The notes beneath the pieces were generated by a model. That model ran no database searches, was not told where the DNA came from, and saw nothing but the letters and a program-made list of their open reading frames with translations. Source: Octopus bimaculoides (Eukaryota). From it: DNA of 64,000 nucleotides. Position 1 is the stretch's first letter. Each line of letters starts with the position of its first letter. Positions 49,749 through 62,900 of the stretch are shown one piece after another. Where the stretch lies: NCBI RefSeq assembly GCF_001194135.2, contig NC_069001.1, positions 3,124,643 to 3,188,642 of the forward strand, read 5' to 3'. Both the position numbers and the translations under genes were made by a program.

Positions 49749-49900
49749 ATGAAAAACCTCACAACTGGGAACTTCCACAGAAACAGTGATGTTGATAGGC
49801 TCTACTTAAGAATAAACGAAGGTGGTAGAGGCCCGAGATCAGAGCAGACAGCCTTCAAATGCTGTATGGTATCACTCAGGCAGCTCCTCCTGAACAACAT
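49749..49900 (+). pseudogene. R4/Dong-like LINE fragment (post-RT thumb region)
   Basis: LTTGNFHRNSDVDRLYLRINEGGRGPRS matches the HPxSDVDRLYLPRxEGGRGL motif. Confidence 0.75.
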
Positions 49901-52156
49901 TCAGGGAGGCACATTGTCTGTCTTGCTATTTGTGCCTTGTGACTCATTTTGTGATACAGAAAATTTTGAAAGGAAGGGTTTGTGGAATACAGAGGATGGA
50001 CAATAAGATGCTTACTGGCTGATCTAGACTGAGCTGACAATTTGGAACATCAGAAGACATGCAACTCATATTGTCTAGTTTAATAAAAGAGGGAAACATG
50101 GCTGGTCTGGTTATTAAATGTTCAAAGATGGAAATGATGAATATAAATTATGCGAATCCATCGAATTGCAATATAGAAGGAAGTACGATATATACCACGG
50201 GTCATTTCAAATAGTTGGGGATTGAATTTGCAAATCATAGCTCACTTGCTTTAAGAGTTTAGGGGAAGAAATGAAATACAGAACAAGCAGTGGTCACATT
50301 AAAATTTATATGGAAGTTTGTCTCTCAACACATGTGAAGGGGAAAATTTATACATCCTTGTTCAGGCCAATATTACTTTACGGCCCCTAGTTTTGGTTCA
50401 CTGCATCTGATGCTAAATTCTTAACTGTCAACACTCACACGAAGATTAAAATCTATACATCCTTGTTAAGACAGACTTTACATTATAGACTTCAATCTTC
50501 ACTCACTTTATTTGATGCTAAATTCTTGAATATCAACAAATACTGAGGCAAAAATTTATGCATCTTTGTTAAGATTAATGTTATTTTATGGCACACAGTT
50601 TTGGTGTCATCATTTTGTCATTCATACCACTTATGCTGGGGTATATTTTACCATTTAAGTGAATACATTTAACACAATGTCTTTTTCCAGTGTGTGTTTG
50701 TGTGTGTTTTCCATTATGCAACTACAAATGATTATTCTTGAAGCTCTGTGTGTTTGTTTAATTTTTGCATTATCTGTTCTCTGGGTTTTTTGGGGTTTTT
50801 TTCTCCCTCCAACATCCTTTTTCAAAACGTTTTATGTTTTCAAATAATTTGAGGAGAGGACATGTTTGTTTATATTACGGAGGCTACTACAGCACCACCA
50901 TGATGAAAGCACCTCTTCCCGTTACTCGTGAAGCAGCCATCTTGTAATGCAAGCAAACACTGCAAATGGCAACGTAGGCAGTCAAATAATATGATATCTA
51001 GTCAAATGTATATTTTTTTCACCCCAGGGAAATGGGATGAAATTTTAATTTAAATGCTTTTGTTAATATTCTGAAACTGGAAATAGGGAGGTGGGGGGGG
51101 GCGATTCTTTTCTTTTTCATTCCCCATAAACAATCATGGTATAATCCATTTTTGCGGGTAGGGATGGGGAAGTTCTGAGAAGTATAATATTCATAGCAAA
51201 CTTAATAATCCTTTTGTTATTGGGCACAAGGGCTCATATATACAATATGGAATATGTTATACATAAACAGCAACAAAATGATGCAGAAATGATGGATGGA
51301 TGGATGGATGGATATTGACTTGAGACAGACAGACAGATAGATAGATACATCTACATATATATATACACATAGGCACAGATATGACTGTGTTTAAGAAATT
51401 CACTTCCCAACCATACAGTTTTAACTTTAGTCACATTGAATGACATAAAAACATAATTCAGTATGTTATATAACTGGTTAAAAATTCAATACACCAAACA
51501 AATAAGGGCAACCCACCCATACAGGGGAGTGAAGCCATCACTATTGTGACTCTATAGTACTTCTTTCCGACTTACAGAAAAGAAGAAAAAAACTGCACTT
51601 AATTATCCAACTACACTTAAAATATGGAAGAATGTGTTACTAATTTCACTATTTAGTGGAACATACTCAAAGAATGTAGACCATACAGAAATGTGTATAA
51701 AGATGTAGGTTATGTATAGCTGAGAAAAGTCTCAAATTCAGAAACTTAAATAAATCTGTAAATTTTCTGAATGCAAGATCAGAAATCTTTGATTAATGTT
51801 GCCATTTTGACAAGTATCTTCTAAAAACTAGAATATCATGCCAGCAACTGATTAAAGATTGCACACTCTTTTTATTTTATAACTGTACACATTCTCTTAC
51901 ATTTCTACGTATCTGTATAAATCAATACTAAAATACCCCTCTCTCTAGTTTTCCCCTTCAGATGAAATGCATTAAGCAAAGTGTATGTATGTATGTATGT
52001 ATGTACACGTGTATATGTGCATTTCAAAGTATAAACTTTACAATATATATACTGAGTACTTTTTCACATTTGTAAATACAAAAACATCTATCTATCTATC
52101 TCTCCATATATATATATATATATATATATGCGGTTAACACAACCTCACCATTTACT

Positions 52157-52197
<41 letters not shown>

Positions 52198-54204
52198 CAG
52201 ACATACACACACACACACAGACATACATCTATGTACATACTCTCAGTCATCTACACATAGACACACGCACACAGCTATACATATATACAATGTGATTTAC
52301 TTAACCAGTGTCACTTTACCAATTTCTGTGAAGGTGCAATGGTAGAACTGCTGTAACAGCAATACATTCTTGGACACTAACTACTGACTTTTACAAAAGT
52401 GAAACCAAATACTTTAAGTGCAATTCCTCATGTAGAGAAATATGGTAAAATACTATATTCCAAGAGACAAAGAAGGAAAGTAGCAAGAAAAAAAAAAATC
52501 TTCAAAATTTTTTTGGGAAAAAACCCCCCCAAAAAATCTAAAAAAGAAAACTCTTTTTCTTCATATAAAATCTATGCAACTAAAGAACATCAGTAAAGAT
52601 GTCTTTTTAAAAATCAGTAATTTCACTGTTAGAGTTAGCAAAAAATAATAGGTTAACAGACTATTCACCCAACTTAGATGAAGACAGTACACATAGACAT
52701 ACGAGCACTTACATGCTGTTGTTGTTGTTGTTGCTGCTGTCATTCAGGCTCAGATTCTATGGAATCTATATACATATCAACTCTGCTGTCACTAACTCTC
52801 TCTCTCTCTTCTTTTTCTTTTCTTCTTCTTCGTCCCTCTCCTTTGCCCGCATCCTTTTTTTTCCCATTAATGTTGTTGTTGCTGCCAATACTTGAAATGA
52901 TGTTTTGCTTAAAGAAAAAAGTCTGGTGTACAGGAGATTGCCCTAATATACAAATGTTAATAATACCTGTAAGTGCTTTTTCCACTCGCTTTTGTGAATG
53001 GAGCCTTGGCCAGGAAGAACTGAGGTCATCAGATGGTATCCAACATTCATCGGGTGTTTCAACCCCGAACCATAACATCCTCCTGTTGGTGAGTCAGCAG
53101 AGATGGCCAAGTTACTGTCACCTGTGCCGACCCACCTCACAAGGCCTTGGTTGACCCAGGATTATAGATGATGACACTTGCCCAATATGCCACACACACA
53201 CAAATAAATATGTATATGTATGTTTTACATACTAGAAAAGTAGTTTTAAGCACTTTATCCTTTGTTTTCTATATACACCCATCAATTTCAATCTCAACGG
53301 AAAAAAACTTTGTCTTTTCGGCTACAAATACCAAAACACAATGTGTCTCAAAAGGGTTAAGAAATCCTAATTGCATTTTTATAATTAAACAATATTAGGA
53401 ATTCTATCGAAAAAATTGTTAAAATATTTTGTGTAGCGTTGAAATATAACCAATTTATTGCTCATAGATTTTAACAACAAAATCTTATATGGAACCCTAC
53501 AATAGACCCCCCCAAGGGACATATAGACCCCCAAGGGACATATAGACCCCCACGGGGTCTATACATGGGGGTGGTGTACTCATGCTAACATGTATAAATC
53601 TGTGTTGAGTTACGTCCCTTTATATCAAATGTTTAACTTAACAGTTCAATAAATGGAAGTCGCTAAAATAAGGTAGAGAGAATGATCAATATGTTCAACG
53701 ACTCGATAAAAAGAATGCAAAAGACTGTGAAGGAAGTGCCCCAGCATGGTCGTGATCCAATGACTGAAACCAGTAAAAGAAAAAAATAATGCATAACAAA
53801 AAAGACAAAAAAGGAAAGATTCACATGAAAAATAAATTCTTTAAATTAGAGAAAACGTATTTAATTTTTTTTTTTTTTTTTGTGATATCCGACAAGGATT
53901 GTAAGGGAGGTAACCCTGGATAACTTCATCGCAACTGAGCTTCAATCTGTCAATGATTCCAACAAATGTTTCTTTTATTCGTTTCAGTAATTGACCTGAG
54001 GCCATACTGGAGCACCACTTTCTTTTATAAGAGTGTAGAAGTCATTTAGATTGACCCTTCCACTGCCACCCTAATCAGTACTCAGCGCTGGATGAACCAT
54101 TAAACAAAATGAACATGTACTTAGGGCATCAAGAGAAGAGGGGAACATCACAGAAATGGTAAATGGTTTATGGCACAAAAGAAATCACTATAAATTTACT
54201 AAAA

Positions 54205-54500
54205 TGATATTCCGTTAGCACGCTGGGGAAAAAAAATGCTTATCTGCATTTTCTTCATCTTTACATTCTAAGTTCAAACGCTGCTAAGGGCAGCAAACTG
54301 GCAGAATTGTTAGCATGCTGACCAAAATGCTGCTAAGCATTTCTCCCATCTTTACATTCTGAGTTCAAATTCCACCAGGGTCAACTTTACCTTTCATCCT
54401 TTTGGGGTCGATAAAATAATTACTAGCTGAACACTGGGGTCAATATAATCAACTTACCCCTCCCTCAAAATTGCTGACTTTTTACCAAAATGTAAAACCA
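54205..54500 (+). mobile_element. SINE family B (a truncated head followed by a full copy)
   Basis: Two successive heads (about 54205 and 54286). The full copy ends in aaaattgctgac...aaaaccattatcattatt. Confidence 0.7.
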
Positions 54501-54503
54501 TTA

Positions 54504-54551
<48 letters not shown>

Positions 54552-54555
<4 letters not shown>

Positions 54556-54745
54556 TATACACTCGACACATTAAACTGTTGGAAAAGAAAAAAATCCTAA
54601 CCTCGGGCTATGACAAGTAGACTTAGATGCCAAGAACCCTCTTAAGTACCCTAGTTGTCCCCTAATAACACTGTTTTCTGCAGCTGTACTAAACTAGGTT
54701 TTATACCTATTTCCTTTATCCATCTGTTTAGATCCTTTAGGGTAT
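54552..54745 (-). pseudogene. R4/Dong-like LINE, 3' end
   Basis: TLKDLNRWIKEIGIKPSLVQLQKTVLLG, then a degenerate RVL-like end and a 3' UTR. (AAT)n on both sides. Confidence 0.7.
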
Positions 54746-54756
54746 TATTATTATTA

Positions 54757-54793
<37 letters not shown>

Positions 54794-54796
<3 letters not shown>

Positions 54797-54965
54797 GGCA
54801 GTGGCAGTGATCTGGCAGAATTGTGAACATGCTGGACCATATTTTTTCTAGCTTTACAATCTGAGTTCGAAATGCCACCAGGGTGAACTTAGCCATTCAT
54901 CCTTTTGCGGGGTCAAGGAAAAGAGGTACTAGTTGAGCACTGGGGGGGGGGGGAGTGATGTAATA
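54794..54965 (+). mobile_element. SINE family B
   Basis: aaggcagtggcagtgatctggcagaattg...gagttcgaaatgccaccagggtgaac...ccttttgcggggtc. Confidence 0.7.
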
Positions 54966-55325
54966 GACCCCACCCCCCAGTAACAGGAACCAATGAACCA
55001 GAGGGGCAGCACCAAACTCCACTGTCTGCTTTGGCATGGTTTCTGCTGCAGCTGAATGTCTGACAGAGCAAAAATGGGTTTAAGCTGGAGGCTGATGAGT
55101 AGCGGACAGAGAACTGGTGATTGATGAGGAGCAGAGACAGGAATAGTATTAGTGGTACGTATGAGAGAGGGGTGCGAGAGACAGAAAGAGACGGTGGGGG
55201 GAGTGAAACAGACAGGCAGACTGACGGACAGTTAGACAGACAGCCAGAATGATTACAAGGCATCAGTGAATGAAAGCATAACTACAAGGCAAATAGCTGT
55301 CTCTGATACTCTATAGTGTGTATGT

Positions 55326-55363
<38 letters not shown>

Positions 55364-56253
55364 TAATGTGTGCGTATGTGTATGGTAGTGTATGTATGAT
55401 TGCATATGGCAATGTGTGTATGGCAGTTGTTTATGTTTGTATTATATGTGCATGGCTGTGTACATGTGTATATATGTGTGTAACACACTAATGTATATGC
55501 ATGTATATGGTTATGTGTGTGTGTGCATAGTTGTATGAGTATGGTTATATGTATGTGCATAAATCATTATGAGTGTATGCACTTAGTAGTGTGTGTATGG
55601 CAGTGTATGTGTGCGTGTATACGGGCTAGGTGTCCGAATGTATGATTGTTTATATATGTGTATACTTGTATGTGTGTGTATGTTCAAATGTATGGCTGTT
55701 TATACATGTTTATACTTAGATGCGTGTGTGTGTGTGTGTACATGCACTATTCCTGGAGTGTGGGCACTTGCCTTCTGTGACCCCTTCACTTCCTTCTCCC
55801 TATACATTCACACAAATGTATTTATTTGGTAATGGTTCCAGTGATGATGGAAGTGGTCCTTGTCATGGTTGAGCAGTCACAGTTATGGAGGGGAGGCGTA
55901 ATCATAGTGGTGGTGGTGGTGGTGGTGGTGGTGGTAATAGTGTTGGATGATAGTATAAGTTGTGGTGGAGGTGGTGGTAGTGGTGGTGGTGGCAGTGGTC
56001 ATCTTCGTTGTTGTTGTTGTTGTCATCATCACCATGGTGGTGGCAGCGATAGTGGCGTTGGTGACAGAGATGATGATGATGATGATGATGATGATGGCAA
56101 TTCTAATAATAATTGATGGTGACGGTAATGATGAAGGGGGAGGGGCAGTTTTAGTGGTGGTGGTGGTGGCGGTAGTGGTGACTGGTGGTGTTGGCAGTGG
56201 TTACAGCAGCTGCAGCACCAGCAGCAGAAAATAGTAATAGAATCAGCAGCAAC

Positions 56254-56296
<43 letters not shown>

Positions 56297-56893
56297 ATGT
56301 TGGCAATGGTTCTAAAAGACTCATCTCATCCACTTCAAGAGAATTAGATAAATGGCAGCAGAGAATAACATTTTCATAATTCAACCATAGACATTTCATT
56401 TAATTTTCATTGATTTTTAGCATTTGTTTTTTTTATTATTTTTGAGTTTATTTTTACATTTTTAATTTTAAATTTNNNNNNNNNNNNNNNNNNNNNNNNN
56501 NNNNNNNNNNNNNNNNNNNNNNNNNNNNNNNNNNNNNNNNNNNNNNNNNNNNNNNNNNNNNNNNNNNNNNNNNNNNNNNNNNNNNNNNNNNNNNNNNNNN
56601 NNNNNNNNNNNNNNNNNNNNNNNNNNNNNNNNNNNNNNNNNNNNNNNNNNNNNNNNNNNNNNNNNGTTGTTTGAAACTAAGAGTCTGTTACACCAAGTAT
56701 ATACACACGTGTGTGTATATATATATCATCATCATCATCATCGTTTAACGTCCACTTTCCATGCTAGCATGGGTTGGACGATTTGACTGAGGACTGGTGA
56801 TTTGGCAGAGTTTCTACAGCTGGATGCTCTTCCTAACGCCAACCACTCCGAGAGTGTGTGTATGTATATATATATATATATATATATATAGTT

Positions 56894-57280
56894 GCAGGCA
56901 TAGCTGTGTGGTTAAAAGTTTGCCTCCAGCCACATGGTTCCAAGTTCAGTCCCATTACATGGCCTCAATAACCTCAAGCCAACCAAAGCCTTGTGAGTAG
57001 ATTTGGTAGGTGGAAACTGAAAGAAGCCTGTTGTGTGTGTATGTATGTATCTATGTGTGTGTCTTTGTGCTTGTATTCCACTACTGCTTGACAACTAATG
57101 TTCACTTGTTTATGTCCTGTAAGTTAACTTAGTGGTTCGGCAAGAAAGATTGATAGAATGATCATCAGGCTTTAAAAAAAAAAAAAAGTGCTGGGGTTGA
57201 TTTATTCAACTACTTCCCTTCAAGGTGGTGCTCCAGCATGGCTGCAATGCAATGCCTGAAACTAGTAAAAGATGAAAAAA
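56894..57280 (+). mobile_element. SINE family A, full length
   Basis: ggcatagctgtgtggttaaaagtttgcc...ccaaagccttgtgagtagatttgg...ggtgctccagcatggctgc...ctgaaactagtaaaagatg. Confidence 0.8.
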
Positions 57281-57289
57281 CATCAGATC

Positions 57290-58260
57290 ATATTAGCTGC
57301 ATTTCTCTCCAGTCTTCGCACATCCTCTGCATTCAGGGACCACATCTCACTGCCATGAAGCATAGCTGTCCGTACACAGACTTCTTACAATCTGTCTTTC
57401 ACTCTGAGGGAGAGGCACTTTGTTACCAACAAAGATAAAAGTTCTCTCAACTTTTCATATCTGGTTCTTATTAAGGCAACTATACTTCCAGAGAAACCTC
57501 CTCTACTGTTAATTTGGTTACCTAAGTAATGTTAACCATCTACTACCTCTAAGGATCCTCCTAGTCATTGAGGAAATCTATTTTCCATACATTTTTACAG
57601 TTTATTGTATCTGCATATCTGCCCCACACAAAGACTACTTTCTCTGTTAACCTTCCTGTGATTCCACTTCTCTTTTCATGTGTCTATAGCTAGCACTAGG
57701 TACCTCAAATGGTATGCCTTCCAACACCTTTCCTTCATATTGAGCAGGGTCATTTATTTGTGGGAAAGAGAATCTTGTCTGCTTTCTTGCTAACTACAAT
57801 TTTGGTCTTGTAATGGGTATGCAAATGTAATGAACATGCAAATAGATTCATATAAATAAATTCAATAAACCTTTTGAATTCAAAGTATCTATGATTTTCT
57901 TCCTTTCAAATCAAGGGGGTAACATTGGCATAAATAAATATATTTTTAGGTAATCAGTTAAAGAAGTCCCCCGACTCCTGGTCTAAGGCATCTCCTTTAC
58001 CCTTGTAGCAGCAGACTGTAATGTTGCTACACCTGTCATTGGGTATGGGGCCTTCCTGTACCACCTGGTTGACTATATAGGTGACTAGGCTTTACCCTAC
58101 TCTGTCAGATATTTTCAGCATCTCAGCAGTGATTCCTGATGATCCAGGAACTTTCCCTGTCTTCATATCCTTAGTTATCTACCAACCCTGATGGCTGATC
58201 CCTCAATTGGGTCCATACCAGGAAGAGTCCCCTTCTCCCATACATTGTTCCTATTTAAGT
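57290..58260 (-). pseudogene. RTE-clade LINE ORF2 fragments with an internal deletion of the RT core
   Basis: 58220-57980: KDMKTGKVPGSSGITAEMLKIS..VG*SLVTYIVNQVVQEGPIPNDRCSNITVCCYKGKGDALD. 57815-57500: KTKIVVSKKADK...PCSI*RKGVG...LEVVDG*HYLGNQINSRGG. 57450-57295: LRELLSLLVTKCLSLRVKDRL*EVCVRTAMLHGSEMWSLNAEDVRRLERN. All are RTE-type motifs with stops. Confidence 0.85.
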
Positions 58261-59580
58261 AAAAAAAACACAAGTGGCACATAGTGGGACTGAACCTAAG
58301 ACCATGTGGTTGAGAAGCAAGCTTCTTAACCACGCAGCCACGTCTACATGGATGTAGGTAATTTAGGTGGAGGGAGGCGGGGTGATGAACTGAGTGACAT
58401 ACATAAGAAATATTCTAAGTGAATTGAAATTCAATTCTTAATTGAAGAATCATAAGTATGGGGTTGTGGGAGGTGGTGGTGGTGGTGGTGGTGGGGGATG
58501 TTAATTGCTGATCTGATCAGAAAACAGAGGAAGGAGAGCTTAGGAGAGTGGAGGGAGAGGAATAGGGAGGGGGAAGAGAAGGAGAGGAATAGGGAGGGGG
58601 AAAGAGAGGGAGAGGAATAGGGAGGGGGAGAGAGAGAGTAGTGAGAAAGTAAATGGAGCAAAAGAAGTAGGGAGAGAGAATGTGGACAGTACAGGAGGGG
58701 GAAGAGAAGTAGGGGTGAAAGAAATAGATAGGCATAGAGAGATGGAAGGGGGAGATAGGAAAAGGGAAACAGAGGGAGAGAAGGGGAGGAGGAGGAGGAG
58801 GAGGAGGAGGAGGAAGAGAAGAAGGAGGAGGAGAGGGAGGAGAAGAAGGAGGAGGAGAGGGAGGAGAAGNNNNNNNNNNNNNNNNNNNNNNNNNNNNNNN
58901 NNNNNNNNNNNNNNNNNNNNNNNNNNNNNNNNNNNNNNNNNNNNNNNNNNNNNNNNNNNNNNNNNNNNNNNNNNNNNNNNNNNNNNNNNNNNNNNNNNNN
59001 NNNNNNNNNNNNNNNNNNNNNNNNNNNNNNNNNNNNNNNNNNNNNNNNNNNNNNNNNNNNNNNNNNNNNNNNNNNNNNNNNNNNNNNNNNNNNNNNNNNN
59101 NNNNNNNNNNNNNNNNNNNNNNNNNNNNNNNNNNNNNNNNNNNNNNNNNNNNNNNNNNNNNNNNNNNNNNNNNNNNNNNNNNNNNNNNNNNNNNNNNNNN
59201 NNNNNNNNNNNNNNNNNNNNNNNNNNNNNNNNNNNNNNNNNNNNNNNNNNNNNNNNNNNNNNNNNNNNNNNNNNNNNNNNNNNNNGGTGGTAGTGGTGGT
59301 GATGGGCTACTCGACCTGAAGAAAATTCTAACTGGGTCCCACCTGTACATCTTGATATGAGATCACTATGTCGCGCACATATGGTTGTGATGCATGTTCC
59401 TGGTGTACCCTTATCAGACGGGTAGTCATGATGGGTATATTGGGCTTCATATATTTTACAAACAGCATCACTTTCATGGCATGCACTGCTCTCTCACTCA
59501 ATAACAACAATAATAATAATAATAATAATTCTTTCTACCAAAAGCACAAGGCCTGAAATGATGATGATGATGATGATGAT

Positions 59581-59865
59581 GAAGACAAAGGATGAGAAAA
59601 TCAAGAAGTACCAAGAAGTACCAAGTGAAAGGAGTGCATAGTCTCAAAAGTGAGTGGTACCTATTGTGATTCGAGCATTTGGAACCATCTCAAAGAAAGC
59701 AATATTCTGGCAACAAAAGCTGCAAATAGCAAACTTCATAGGAAGCACTCAGTTGGTAGCAGTTCTTGGAAGAGCTTATGTGTTGAGAAAAGTGTTGCGT
59801 CTCTAAAGCTGCAGGATGGAGCTGAGATATAACATAGACATAGATAAATCAGAAGTTAAGTGGAT
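59581..59865 (+). pseudogene. R4/Dong-like LINE, 3' end
   Basis: KDEKIKKYQE...VVPIVIRAFGTISKKAIFWQQKLQIANFIGSTQLVAVLGRAYVLRKVLRL*, then a 3' UTR containing gctgcagg (also present after the 26975 copy), then (AAT)n. Confidence 0.75.
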
Positions 59866-59866
59866 A

Positions 59867-59897
<31 letters not shown>

Positions 59898-59934
59898 TCT
59901 TTTAATTTCTTTAAAATAATAAATAATAATAATG

Positions 59935-60300
59935 GTTTCAAATTTTGGCACAGGGCCAAGAGTCTTTGAGGGGAGGAGAAGTTGGTTACATCGACCTCAG
60001 TACTTGACTGATACTTATTTTATCAACCCCAAAAGGATGAAGGGCAAAGCTGACCCCAGTAGAAGTTGAACTCAGAACATCAAAACAGACAAATTACTGC
60101 TAACGATTCTGCCAGCTCACTGCCCTTGACAATTGTTTTTTGTTATAGGCGCAAGGCATGAAATTTTGGAAGAGGCAGGGCTAGTTGATTACATTGACCT
60201 CAGTTCTCAACTGGTACTTATTTTATTGACCCCGAAAGGATGAGAAATAAAAGTCGACCTCAGTAGAATTTGAACATTAAGACAGGTGAAATGCTGCTAA
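59935..60300 (-). mobile_element. Two tandem SINE family B copies
   Basis: ggtttcaaattttggcacagggcc...gattctgccagctcac (59935-60121), then aggcgcaaggcatgaaatttt...gtcgacctcagtagaatttgaac...gctgctaa (60145-60300). Confidence 0.75.
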
Positions 60301-60889
60301 AACGAAGTAGAATTGGTTCATATTCTGCTGAAAGTTTACAAAAAACCAAATACTCATGACAGCAACCTCATAGATATCTATATATAAGTAAAGAAATCAA
60401 GAAAGATAAGTGGATGGCTACGTCTCAGCATGACTTTACATTAACGAAAGAAGCAAAAAAATGAAATACGTTAACGCAGTCTGACACTGAAGGAAACAGT
60501 CATAGGTTCAATGTCATGCAGCAGAACAAATGGATAAATGTAGTTAGGTAAATCAGTCATCGATTATGATGATGATGACGATGATGATGATGGTATCTAT
60601 AAATAACTGGGGGTTCAGGAAATATTATTGCAGTCTAACAAGTGCTCCTGACATAATCACGCCGCATGAGAATTTTGGCAAACAAAGATTTCCAATACCT
60701 CTAACAAATGGGAGGTTTCTTGATAATGGGGAAAGGGGGGAGGGGGGAATATGTATAAAGTGGGGAGGCGGGTGAGGTGAGGAGTGAGGTGAGGTGTGCT
60801 GGTTGATTGGCTGGTTGGTTCATTATTTTCGGGGTCATCAGAAATAACAAGGTTTAATGATAATAACAATAATAATGATTAATCCTTTT

Positions 60890-61097
60890 TTGCCATAGGT
60901 ACAAGGCCTGAAATTTTGGGGGAGGGGTAAAGTCGATTACATTGACTCCAGTTCTCAACTGGTCCTTATTTTATTAACCCTGAAAGGATGAAAGGCAAAG
61001 TCAACCTTGGCAGAATTTGAACTCGGAATGTAAGGGACGGACAAAATGCCGCTAAGCGGCATTTTGTCCGGTGTGTTGACGATTCTGCCAGCTCACC
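60890..61097 (-). mobile_element. SINE family B
   Basis: ggtacaaggcctgaaattttggggg...gcagaatttgaactcggaatgtaag...gccgctaagcggc...gattctgccagctcacc. Confidence 0.8.
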
Positions 61098-62465
61098 ATT
61101 TTCATAAACAAGGAGGGGGAGTGGGAGGAGGGGAGGAGTACATGTATATACCCATACATACCTACATACAGATATGTATACAACTATACATATACAAACA
61201 TGTGTACATTATGTGTGTGTGCACATGTTCATGTGTGTGTGTGCACNNNNNNNNNNNNNNNNNNNNGGAGGAGGGGAGGAGGAGGGGAGGAGTACATGTA
61301 TATACCCATACATACCTACATACAGATATGTATACAACTATACATATACAAACATGTGTACATTATGTGTGTGTGCACATGTTCATGTGTGTGTGTGCAC
61401 AGACACATTATATATATATATATATATATGTGCATGCATATATATGCATGCATATATATGTATATACATACATATATACACACATATACATACACACAGA
61501 CACACATACATACATGAACATACACACACACATGTATGTACATATAAATTTAAATAATACTAAAAAAACATACAAAGAAAGAAAATGAGTTGGCAAGGAA
61601 GCATTAGGGATCAAAATGAAATCTAACAAATAAAATATGTAATTACAAATTAAGAAGCTAATTAGTTAAACTGTAGAAATAGAAATAGAAATAACGAACT
61701 ATCACATTCCTACAAGTCATTAACGTAGAAACGGAGCAGAGATATATTACTGGAAAATGGAGAAATAGAATTGCGTAAGTGCAGGTGGTAACACATCTTA
61801 ATTACAGCTGCAGTTTGGTGCACAATTACGAAGGACTGTACAAACAATGTGCACAATTACAGCAACGTATGCAGAGAATATTGAATAATGACAAGTGTTT
61901 CACAGTGTGAAGAGTTAACGTGTGTGTTTGTGTGTATGTGTGCGCGAAGGGGAGATAGAGAAAGGGAGAGAAAAGAGAGAGGGAGAGAGAAAGAGAAAGA
62001 GGGAGAGAGAGGGAGAGAGAAAGAGAGAGAGGGAGAGAGAAAGAGAGAGGGAGAGAAAGGGAGAGGGAGAGAAAGGGAGAGGGAGAGAGAGAGGGAGAGA
62101 AAGAGAGAGGGAGANNNNNNNNNNGGAGAGAGAAAGAGAAAGAGGGAGAGAGAGGGAGAGAGAAAGAGAGAGAGGGAGAGAGAAAGAGAGAGGGAGAGAA
62201 AGGGAGAGGGAGAGAAAGGGAGAGGGAGAGAGAGAGGGAGAGAAAGAGAGAGGGAGAGAAAAGAGAGAGGGAGAGAAAGAGAAAGGGAGAGAGAGAGAGG
62301 GAGAGAAAGAAGGAGTAAGGAGGAGAAAGAGGGGAAAAGAGAGAAAGAGAGAAGGGTGAAGAAAAAGAAAGAGAGAAGGTAAGAAAAAGAAGAAAGAGTA
62401 AGAGTTTGTTTCTGTGCATGTGATTGTGTGGATGGTTTCTGACAGGTTGGTATCATCCTCATCCT

Positions 62466-62900
62466 CATCATCATTTAATGCCCATTTCCCATGCTGGCAT
62501 GGGTTGGACAGTTTGATAGGAGCTGGTCAGCCAGAGGACTGCACCAGGCTTCACTGTCTGTTTTGGCAGGGTCTCTCCACAGCAGAAGTGCTAAGGCCTG
62601 TGCATCCCCTAGTGATGAGAATTGGCCTGCAACAGTCCTGTGTCAGTGCCACGTAGAAAGCACTCATACCGGTGCCACATAAAGGCACTTGTGCCAGTGG
62701 CATGTTAAAAGCACCCAGCACAAACACTGTGTAAAGTGGTTGGCATTAGGAAGGGCATCGAGCCATAGGGAACCATGCCAGAACCAACTGGAACCTGGTG
62801 CAGACCCCCAGTTTGTCAGCCCTGGTCAAACCATCCAACATGGACAACAGCCCTGGTCAAACCATGCCAGTATGGACAACAGACATTAAAGGATAATGTT
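62466..62900. mobile_element. Repeat family C in inverted (foldback) configuration
   Basis: Left arm catttaatgcccatttcccatgctggcatgggttggac...ctgcaccaggc...ttttggcagg. Right arm ccatgccag...cctggtgcag...catgccagtatggacaacagacattaaa is its approximate reverse complement. Confidence 0.7.
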
